Source: Acidobacteriota bacterium (GTDB lineage Bacteria; Acidobacteriota; Vicinamibacteria; Vicinamibacterales; UBA2999). From it: DNA of 64,000 bases. The notes beneath the pieces were generated by a model that saw nothing but the letters and a program-made list of their open reading frames with translations, did not search any database and was not told the origin of the DNA. The DNA lies in contig JAQBVV010000001.1 in assembly GCA_027622905.1 (NCBI GenBank), positions 2,111 to 66,110 of the forward strand, in the 5' to 3' direction. Position 1 is the first letter of the stretch; every line of letters begins with the position of its first letter. This document shows, in pieces, positions 56,700-64,000 of this stretch. A program made the position numbers and the translations under genes.

Positions 56700-57456
56700 C
56701 CGCCGCCTTCTTTCCGGCGATCGGCGATCATCGCGGTGCTCATCGACTGGGATGCACCCGGCATGTCTGGCGAGCCGAATGCGGGTCCGCTCATCGCACC
56801 GGTGGGTCGAGGCCTGAGCGGGCGCCGCTCGTAGGCGCCAGGGATCAGCGTTTGCCCCGTCGTCACACGGGGGGGCGGTGGCGCCGGCGGATTCTCGACC
56901 GTCACTGGTGCCCTTCCACGCAGCCGGCGTATGTCGGCGCCGTTGCCGGCAGACGAGTGGGTCGGGCGTCGCACGTAGAGCGGCTCTGCACGCCTCCAGC
57001 CCAACGCGTGGCGTCTGGAAGGGCAGGCGCCGCCCAGCGACACAGCGGACAGGCAACCGTAGTCATGTCTCATCGTGAGGCCGGAGAGGCGTGGCGTCTG
57101 TACCGTTTTGCACACCCGACGGCGCGTCAACGCCAGACTTGTGCAGAACGGTACAGACGCGGTGTCCTGCCGACAACTACGCTCAGCACGAGGTTCACAC
57201 TGTGTTGATCGTGCTTGGGCTCAGCGTGCTCGCGGTGGTCGGCGCCTTTGCTGTCAGGGCTCTGATTCTCGGCAGTCGCCCCGATCTGGGGTTTGTCAGC
57301 GAACGCTGGCTGGCCGAGCTCAAAGCCGATTCGTCTGGCCCGTCGCATTGAGGGACGCGGCGAGTCGCTTGCGGGACGTGGCTGGATGGTTGCGTGAGGA
57401 CTGTGCACTTGTGTACAGCGCCGTCGCCTGCCGGGCAACTACACTGACGACCATCC

Positions 57457-57648
57457 ATGGTTAAACGACCGCCGGCCATCAGTGCCTATGAATTCGCCGT
57501 CGTATCGGGACTCCGCGCCAAGCAGTTGATGCGCGGTTGCGTTCCGATGGTTGGCACCTCCCAGAAGCTGATCATGACAGCGCAGCTCGAAGTGGCCGCG
57601 GGTCTGGTGGCGAAGATGCCCGACCCGCCCGACCCAACCGAGATCTGA
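57457..57648 (+). CDS. rpoZ: DNA-directed RNA polymerase omega subunit (probable)
   Basis: 63-aa ORF. SAYEFAVVSGLRAKQLMRG...QKLIMTAQLEVAAGLV parallels the RpoZ core (xxYxLvxxaaxRAxQL...Kxxxxal.Ei..G.v). Confidence 0.55.
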   Translation: MVKRPPAISAYEFAVVSGLRAKQLMRGCVPMVGTSQKLIMTAQLEVAAGLVAKMPDPPDPTEI

Positions 57649-57673
57649 GGCCGGGGTCAGGCGGCCCACCCGC

Positions 57674-58363
57674 CTACGAATCGTGCAGGACGACGGTCAG
57701 CAGCGAGCTGTTGACCGTGATGATGCCGTTGTAGTCGATGAAGCCGAGGTCGCGAAACTTGTTCATGAAGACGTTGACGCGCGAGCGGGTGGTGCCCACC
57801 ATCTCGGCCAGCGTCTCCTGCGACAGTTTCGGCAGTCTCTGCGGATAGCCGCCCTTGCCGTATCGCGCCAGCAGCAACAGCGTCCGCGCAAGTCGCTTCT
57901 CGCTTGAGTTGAAGAGCTGGTCGATCAAGTCCTCCTCGATCCTGATGTTCCGCGACAGCATGTGCGCCAGGAAGCACTCAGCGAGATCGGGTTGGGTGCG
58001 CAGTTTCTCCAGCATTTCCGGCTTCTCGACCACCAGCACCGTGCTTGCGGCGAGTGCCGAGGCGGTGGCCATCCGGCGAGGCTGCCCCGCGAGACACCCC
58101 TCCCCGAAAAAGTCACCCTCCCCGAGAACCGCCACGATCGCCTCCTTGCCCCTGGGCGAGAGCACCGACAGCTTGATGCTGCCGCGCTGGAGGTAGAACA
58201 CGTCGCTGGCAGGATCTCCCTGGGAGAAGACCGGAGCTGACCGGGCGTACGTGGTGATGTGGCGTGCGACACCGGCAGAGTCGAGGAAGTGGCGAAGATC
58301 GAAGGCGGGCGGCCGTTCTGCTCGTGTGGGGCTGCGTCGCGTCGTCTTCGCCATGGGCCTCAA
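57674..58363 (-). CDS. Crp/Fnr-family transcriptional regulator
   Basis: 229-aa ORF with a cNMP-binding domain (VFSQGDPASDVFYLQRGSIKLSV...GEGDFFGEGCL) and a C-terminal HTH (LSQETLAEMVGTTRSRVNVFMNKFRDLGFI). Confidence 0.9.
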   Translation of the reverse strand: MRPMAKTTRRSPTRAERPPAFDLRHFLDSAGVARHITTYARSAPVFSQGDPASDVFYLQRGSIKLSVLSPRGKEAIVAVLGEGDFFGEGCLAGQPRRMATASALAASTVLVVEKPEMLEKLRTQPDLAECFLAHMLSRNIRIEEDLIDQLFNSSEKRLARTLLLLARYGKGGYPQRLPKLSQETLAEMVGTTRSRVNVFMNKFRDLGFIDYNGIITVNSSLLTVVLHDS

Positions 58364-58437
58364 TCATCGCACGCGCCAATCCAGACTGTGCTCTTGTGAA
58401 CAGCCCGGGCGGTGGTTCCTGTGCCACGCTCTCCGCC

Positions 58438-58692
58438 ATGCCGATTCGCCGCGACACGTTCACTGCGCGCCTGCCCTCAGGCGACTTCTTCCTGAACCCC
58501 ACCGGTCTGACGTGGGGCGTCCGTCGTACCAACGACAACGGCAGCGCGGCCGATGTGTTCGCTGGCACGCGTGACCGGCGACAGGCGCTGGCGACGCTCC
58601 TCTCGCTGGCCGAGGGCGCCGGCGCGGACGCGTGGGAGGCGGCGGCGGAAGGCACCTTCCGCCTCCTCAAGAGCCATCGGGCGCCGGTATGA
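58438..58692 (+). CDS. Hypothetical small protein (84 aa)
   Basis: Internal ATG of ORF 58264..58692. Third positions are strongly G/C-biased as in the confirmed genes. It is divergent from the crp-like gene, and I recognise no family. Confidence 0.4.
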   Translation: MPIRRDTFTARLPSGDFFLNPTGLTWGVRRTNDNGSAADVFAGTRDRRQALATLLSLAEGAGADAWEAAAEGTFRLLKSHRAPV

Positions 58693-58865
58693 GGGGGGCC
58701 TTCGGCTGGCGCCTGCGGCCGGCAGGCGGAGAACATCCAGCCCCGCTGGTCGCCGCTCGCCCGCAGGCGTGACAAGATACAGCGTCGCTCGCAGCCAGAC
58801 CGGCGTCCGCCGCCTCAGGTGGCCGCCGAAGGCACGGCCGCCTGGATCACCGAGCGTCCTGTCCC

Positions 58866-59831
58866 ATGTTCGATTCCGTCCTGCTCGTGTCGTTCGGCGG
58901 ACCGCAAGGTCCTGGTGACATCCGTCCGTTTCTTGAGCGCGTGCTTCGAGGGCGGCGAGTCACGCCGGAGCGAATCGAGGAGGTGGCGCATCACTACGAA
59001 CTGTTCGGTGGTGTGTCCCCGCTCACCGAACTGACGAAGCGCCAGGGCGAGGGCCTCAGGCAGCGGTTGGCCGCAGCCGACTATCCGCTGCCGGTCTACG
59101 TCGGGATGCGTAACTGGAATCCGCTGCTGGCCGACACGCTCGCGGAGATGTACGCGGACGGTGCTCGGCATGCCATCGGTTTCATCACGGCTGCGCACCA
59201 CAGCTATTCAAGTTGCCAGCAGTACCGCGAGAACGTGCGGGACGCGCGCGGTGTACTGCGCGACAGCACGGGCGGCGACATCGACGTCACGTTCGTCAAC
59301 AGCTGGTTCGATCATCCACTCTTCATCGAGGCCAACGCCGTGCACGTTCGAGAGGCGCTCGCCACGCTTCCGGCACACGTGCACGGCGCCACGCGGCTGG
59401 TCTTCACGGCACACAGTATTCCGATGACGATGTCCGAATCGTCGCGCTATCGAGAACAGCTTCTGGAATCAGCCGCGCTGGTGTCGCAGCAGGCTGCCAT
59501 CAGCGACTGGGCGCTGGTGTACCAAAGTCGAAGCGGCCGCCCCGGCGACCCCTGGCTCGAACCTGATATCTGTGACTACCTGCGGCGTGAACACGAGGCT
59601 GGCCTGCGCGCTGTCGTGGTCTGCCCCATCGGCTTCGTGTGCGACCACATCGAGGTGCTCTACGACCTGGACCACGAAGCTGCCGGCGTGTGCCGCGAGC
59701 TGGGCCTCCCGATGGCACGCGCCGAGGCGGTCAACGACGACGAGCGTTTCATCGAGATGATGGCCGATGTCGTGCTGCGCACGATCCAGCGCTACCAGCG
59801 CGGCCGGCCATTGCCGATCGTCGCACCCTGA
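58866..59831 (+). CDS. hemH: Ferrochelatase
   Basis: 321-aa ORF. It starts VLLVSFGGPQGPGDIRPFL, contains FTAHSIP, and has a C-terminal CPIGFVCDHIEVLYDLD. Confidence 0.9.
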   Translation: MFDSVLLVSFGGPQGPGDIRPFLERVLRGRRVTPERIEEVAHHYELFGGVSPLTELTKRQGEGLRQRLAAADYPLPVYVGMRNWNPLLADTLAEMYADGARHAIGFITAAHHSYSSCQQYRENVRDARGVLRDSTGGDIDVTFVNSWFDHPLFIEANAVHVREALATLPAHVHGATRLVFTAHSIPMTMSESSRYREQLLESAALVSQQAAISDWALVYQSRSGRPGDPWLEPDICDYLRREHEAGLRAVVVCPIGFVCDHIEVLYDLDHEAAGVCRELGLPMARAEAVNDDERFIEMMADVVLRTIQRYQRGRPLPIVAP

Positions 59832-59885
59832 CGGACGTCCCGGTGGCTGGGCGCCGGGGCCTGGTTTGAGTATCGTATCCTCGCA

Positions 59886-61811
59886 ATGACAACCCGCTGC
59901 GTGGAAGGCCCCTTCCCGACCCGCGCGTCCCTGACGCATGGCGTTCGCCCGCTGATCGCGCTCCTGTGGTTCCTGGCCATGCCGGCCCTCGCGTCGGCGC
60001 AGGCGCTGACTCCGACACCCGTGCAGTACCGGCTGTCGTTCAGCGCTCCCGAACACCGCCTGATGGAAGTGGCAATCCTGTTTCCCGACGTTCCCGCCGG
60101 TCCGCTGGAGCTGCGGATGAGCCGATCGTCACCCGGTCGTTACGCCCTTCACGAATTTGCCAAGAACGTGTTCGACGTTCGCGTCACCGACGCCGGGGGT
60201 GATCCATTGACGGTCACGCGACCAGATCCGTACGCCTGGATCGTGAATGGACATGCCGGTACGGTGTGGGTGACGTACCGGATCTTCGGGGATCGCATCG
60301 ACGGTACGTATCTCGCGATCGACAGTACGCACGCCCACATCAACATGCCGGCGGCGCTCATGTGGGCCCGTGGGTTCGACGACCGGCCGGTCACGATTCA
60401 GTTCGTGGCCCCCGGCGGCGCCGACTGGCGCGTGGGGACGCAGCTTCTGCCCGGCGACGAGGCAGGGACGTTCACGGCGCCGAATCTGCAGTACCTCATG
60501 GACAGCCCGACCGAGTTCAGTGACTTCAGCCTGCGGACGTTCACGATGGAGGACGCACCCGCATCGCCGGTCGTCCGCCTTGTCGTGCACCATGCAGGCA
60601 CGGACGCCGACCTCGACGGCTTCGCCGCGGACGTGGAACGGATCGTCCATGAAGCGCGGCACGTGTTCGGCGAGTATCCGTCGTTCGACGGCAACACCTA
60701 CACCTTCATTGCCGATTACCTGCCCTGGGCCAACGGCGACGGCATGGAACATCGGAACAGCACGATTCTGACGAGCGCCAGCTCGATCCGCACCAACCGG
60801 GAAGGTCTGCTCGACACGGCGGCGCACGAGTTCTTCCATGCGTGGAACGTGGAGCGCATTCGACCACGTTCGCTCGAGCCGTTCGACTTCGAACGGGCCA
60901 ACATGTCCGGCGAACTGTGGCTGGCCGAAGGGTTTACCAGCTACTACGGGCCGCTCATCATCCATCGCGCCGGCCTGCGCGACACGGGCGACTATCTGGC
61001 CGGGCTGGCGGCGAACATCAATCGCGTCCGGATGAGTCCAGGGCGCGACGTGCGGAGCGCCGAGGAGATGAGCCGTTTTGCGCCGTTTGTCGACGCGGCC
61101 GCGCCGATCGATCGGACCAGCATCGACAACACGTTCATCTCGTATTACACGTGGGGCGCTGCGATCGGGCTCGGCCTGGATCTCACGCTTCGCGATCGGA
61201 CCGACGGCCGGATCACGCTCGACGATTACATGCGCGCGCTCTGGGAAGCGCATGGCAAGCCTGGTGGCAGGGCGCCCGGCTATGTTGACCGACCGTACAC
61301 GATGGCCGACCTGCAGCGCACATTGGCTGCCGTCTCCGGCGACGCGGGTTTCGCCGACGACTTCTTCGCGAGGTACATCCAGGGCCACGAGGTGGTGGAT
61401 TACGAGCCGCTGCTCGCCCGTGCGGGGCTCCTGCTTCGACGGGTGTCCCCGGGGCGCGCATTCGCCGGACTCATCCGGCTCCAGGACGCGCAGGGTGGAG
61501 CGCGGGTGGCGGATCCCGTGCCGTTCAACTCACCGGCGTTTCTGGCAGGCCTCGAGCGGGACGATCTGATTCTGGAGGTGGCCGGGCAGGGCGTCACACG
61601 CGCTGCCGACTTCGGACAGGCGATCGACGGACGTGCTCCCGGAGACGAGGTGTCGATCGTGTTCGAGCGCCGCGGACAACGCGTCACCGGGATCCTCCGA
61701 CTGACCGAGCGACCGGAGATCGAGATCGTGCGGGCCGAGGATGCGGGCCAGACGCTGACGGCCGACCAGCGGCAGTTTCGCGATTCTTGGCTCACCTCGC
61801 CAGGCCCGTAA
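59886..61811 (+). CDS. M61-family glycyl aminopeptidase with C-terminal PDZ domain, secreted
   Basis: 641-aa ORF with a signal peptide, the zinc motif HEFFHAWNVERIRP and a PDZ-like region (GLERDDLILEVAGQGV). Confidence 0.85.
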   Translation: MTTRCVEGPFPTRASLTHGVRPLIALLWFLAMPALASAQALTPTPVQYRLSFSAPEHRLMEVAILFPDVPAGPLELRMSRSSPGRYALHEFAKNVFDVRVTDAGGDPLTVTRPDPYAWIVNGHAGTVWVTYRIFGDRIDGTYLAIDSTHAHINMPAALMWARGFDDRPVTIQFVAPGGADWRVGTQLLPGDEAGTFTAPNLQYLMDSPTEFSDFSLRTFTMEDAPASPVVRLVVHHAGTDADLDGFAADVERIVHEARHVFGEYPSFDGNTYTFIADYLPWANGDGMEHRNSTILTSASSIRTNREGLLDTAAHEFFHAWNVERIRPRSLEPFDFERANMSGELWLAEGFTSYYGPLIIHRAGLRDTGDYLAGLAANINRVRMSPGRDVRSAEEMSRFAPFVDAAAPIDRTSIDNTFISYYTWGAAIGLGLDLTLRDRTDGRITLDDYMRALWEAHGKPGGRAPGYVDRPYTMADLQRTLAAVSGDAGFADDFFARYIQGHEVVDYEPLLARAGLLLRRVSPGRAFAGLIRLQDAQGGARVADPVPFNSPAFLAGLERDDLILEVAGQGVTRAADFGQAIDGRAPGDEVSIVFERRGQRVTGILRLTERPEIEIVRAEDAGQTLTADQRQFRDSWLTSPGP

Positions 61812-61840
61812 CGACTGCTGGTGCGTTGTATCCTGTGCCC

Positions 61841-62311
61841 ATGGCGAAAAAGTACTGGTTGATGAAGTGCGAGCCTGCCGCGTACACGATCCTTGATCTC
61901 AAGCGCGACGGCGAGACGAGCTGGGAAGGCGTGCGCAACTACCAGGCGCGAAACTTCATGCGCGACGAGATGCAGGTTGGCGACCCCGTGCTGTTCTACG
62001 CGTCCAACGCCACGCCGTCCGGCGTGACGGGCCTCGCCAGGATTTCCCGTGCCGGCTACCCGGACCAGTTCGCCTGGAAGAAGGGCCACAAGTACTTCGA
62101 TGAGGCCACCGACAAGAAGAAGCCGATCTGGTACATGGTGGACATCGCGTTCGTGGAGGCGTTCACAGACACCATCGCGCTGGAAACGCTGAAGCACACG
62201 CCAGGCCTGGAAGAGATGAAGGTCACGCAGAAGGGCAGCCGACTTTCGGTGCAGCCCGTCACCAAGTCCGAGTACGACATCGTCGTTCGAGTGGGCCGGA
62301 AAGGTCGGTAG
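61841..62311 (+). CDS. EVE (PUA-like) domain protein
   Basis: ATG at 61841. KYWLMKCEPAAYTILDLKRDGETSWEGVRNYQARNFMRDEMQVGDPVLFYASN is typical of EVE domains. Confidence 0.85.
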   Translation: MAKKYWLMKCEPAAYTILDLKRDGETSWEGVRNYQARNFMRDEMQVGDPVLFYASNATPSGVTGLARISRAGYPDQFAWKKGHKYFDEATDKKKPIWYMVDIAFVEAFTDTIALETLKHTPGLEEMKVTQKGSRLSVQPVTKSEYDIVVRVGRKGR

Positions 62312-62334
62312 CTGGCCGTCGGACATTCCGGTCT

Positions 62335-63936
62335 GTGTCGGAGGCCGGTAACTGGCGCGAGGGTCACGAACCCGTGAGCGAAGAAATCTCGATCGAGGTC
62401 GGTCTCGACGACGTCGACAACCCCGAGGTACTGGGCCGTCTCGTCGCCCGAGCACTGGGGCGGAGCGGAACCGACGTACCCGAGTGGACGGTGCGGAGAC
62501 GGTCGCTCGACGCGCGTAGGGGCAGCATGAAGTTTCATCTCGTCGTTGCCGTCGGCGCCACCGAGACGCACAAGCCGGTTGGACCACCCCCCAAGACCGT
62601 GTCTGGAGATCGACGCGTGGTCGTCATCGGCGACGGCCCGGCCGGACTGTTCTGCAGCTATGAACTTGCCAGGCACGGCATTCCGTCGGTCGTCGTCGAT
62701 CGTGGACGTCAGGTGCAGCCGCGTCGGCTCGATCTCAGACGATTGAATCAGGAGGGCGCCGTCGACGCTGACAGCAACTACTGCTTCGGCGAGGGCGGCG
62801 CGGGGACCTACAGCGACGGCAAGCTGTACACGCGGTCCCACAAACGCGGCGATGTCCGGGACGTGCTGGAGGTGCTCGTCGAACATGGTGCCCCGGCCGA
62901 CATCCTCGTTGATGCCAGACCGCACATCGGTTCGAATCGACTGCCCAAGGTCGTCTCGGCGTTGCGCGAGCGACTCGAGTCGGTGGGCGTCGAGTTTCGT
63001 TTCGAGACAAGGGTGACTGGCCTGGACGTCGATCCGCCACGCCGCGTCCGCGGCGCGATGACTGCGGGAGGACGGGTCATCGGAGGCGACGCCGTGGTCG
63101 TGGCGACCGGTCATTCCGCCTCCGACGTGTTCGATCTCCTCGCTGCCGCGGGCGTCGGGCTCGAACCCAAGTCATTTGCGCTGGGCGTTCGGATCGAGCA
63201 CCCGCAACCCCTCATCAACGAGATTCAATACGGACGCTACGCGGGACATCCCAGGCTCCACGCGGCGAGCTACAAGCTCGCGCATACCGTGGAGGATCGT
63301 GGCGTGTTCTCCTTCTGCATGTGCCCTGGTGGGTGGATCGTACCGGCGGCGACCGAGGCGGATGGGCTTGTGGTCAATGGCATGAGCCTGTCGCGACGCG
63401 ATTCGCGATTCGCCAACTCAGGGATGGTGGTCTCGATCGAGGTCGACGACGCCAAGACGGCTGGCTTCGACGGACCGCTGGCGGGCCTTCGCTTGCAGCG
63501 CGCGATCGAGCGCCGCGGATTCGAAGCTGGAGGCGGGGCGCTGCGGGCGCCGGCCACGCGCCTCACCGACTTTCTCGCCGGCCGCTCATCCGCCGACGTT
63601 CCGCGCTCCAGCTACGTGCCCGGTCTGACGGCCGGGAACCTCGCGGACGTGCTCGACTCGACAGGACTGCCCATCGCGGCACGCCTGCGCGAAGGCTTGA
63701 CGGCCTTCGGCAGGAAGATGCGCGGGTTCGCCAGCGCAGAGGCCGTGCTCGTCGGTGTCGAGTCACGGACCAGTTGCCCCGTGCGCGTGCCACGCGATCC
63801 GGAATCGCTCGAGAGTCCGGATCTGGCCGGCCTCTATCCGTGCGGAGAAGGCGCCGGCTACGCGGGTGGAATCGTCAGCGCCGCACTCGACGGCATCCGC
63901 GTGGCCCGTGCCATTGCACGCGAGTGGTCGTCGTAG
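62335..63936 (+). CDS. NAD(P)/FAD-dependent oxidoreductase (COG2509-like)
   Basis: 533-aa ORF with a dinucleotide fold (VVVIGDGPAGLFCSYELA) and the motif NYCFGEGGAGTYSDGKLYTRS. An alternative GTG start is possible near 62374. Confidence 0.85.
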   Translation: MSEAGNWREGHEPVSEEISIEVGLDDVDNPEVLGRLVARALGRSGTDVPEWTVRRRSLDARRGSMKFHLVVAVGATETHKPVGPPPKTVSGDRRVVVIGDGPAGLFCSYELARHGIPSVVVDRGRQVQPRRLDLRRLNQEGAVDADSNYCFGEGGAGTYSDGKLYTRSHKRGDVRDVLEVLVEHGAPADILVDARPHIGSNRLPKVVSALRERLESVGVEFRFETRVTGLDVDPPRRVRGAMTAGGRVIGGDAVVVATGHSASDVFDLLAAAGVGLEPKSFALGVRIEHPQPLINEIQYGRYAGHPRLHAASYKLAHTVEDRGVFSFCMCPGGWIVPAATEADGLVVNGMSLSRRDSRFANSGMVVSIEVDDAKTAGFDGPLAGLRLQRAIERRGFEAGGGALRAPATRLTDFLAGRSSADVPRSSYVPGLTAGNLADVLDSTGLPIAARLREGLTAFGRKMRGFASAEAVLVGVESRTSCPVRVPRDPESLESPDLAGLYPCGEGAGYAGGIVSAALDGIRVARAIAREWSS

Positions 63937-64000
63937 CGACCCCATGGCTGCTAGTGCCAGCTACACGATCGCCCGTGCCGCGCGTCCGCCTGTGCCGGAG

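Noticed and set aside
63944-64000. A possible gene start (ATG 63944, MAASASYTIARAARPPVPE...) at the window edge.
   Set aside because: Only 19 codons are visible, which is not enough to support a call.

Overview
This is a GC-rich bacterial chromosomal segment. Codon third positions are mostly G/C, which creates many long antisense shadow ORFs in the six-frame track. I can support about 60 protein-coding genes, two intact tRNAs (Gln-CUG and Ser-GCU), one half-tRNA copy, one decayed gene and a four-member dispersed repeat family. I recognise no rRNA, CRISPR array, transposase or integrase.

Gene content suggests Acidobacteriota, by inference only: a remnant of an ADOP-type duplicated orphan permease, a type III glutamine synthetase, a two-gene egtB-egtD cluster and a membrane pyrophosphatase.

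Most of the window is core metabolism and transport:
- MlaFE-like lipid ABC genes, an MscS channel and hppA.
- An Opp/Dpp-type peptide ABC operon.
- acs, an alpha-carbonic anhydrase and ada.
- A prpE / enoyl-CoA hydratase / acuI cluster.
- A MarR-DoxX-pirin-flavin reductase-MFS cluster.
- gltX with tRNA-Gln, egtBD, queG, a phosphofructokinase, glnN, hemH, an M61 peptidase and an EVE-domain gene.

The parts most worth a second look:
1. A 4.2-kb island without an integrase at 47880-52151. It is bracketed by 39-bp direct repeats equal to the 5' half of tRNA-Ser. It carries a UPF0175/DUF3368 toxin-antitoxin pair, an antitoxin fragment, a 503-aa protein I cannot place in any family, and an internally deleted ADOP permease. 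Tandem GGGCACACTGG motifs sit just inside both ends.
2. A roughly 100-nt palindromic MITE/REP-like element in four copies, whose CTAG-like ends overlap stop codons of neighbouring genes.
3. A near-consensus sigma-54 promoter driving a DUF2934 gene upstream of glnN.
4. An FN3-like domain inserted into a periplasmic loop of the OppC-type permease.

I found no clearly novel multi-gene system. The island cargo is the best candidate, and it remains unproven.
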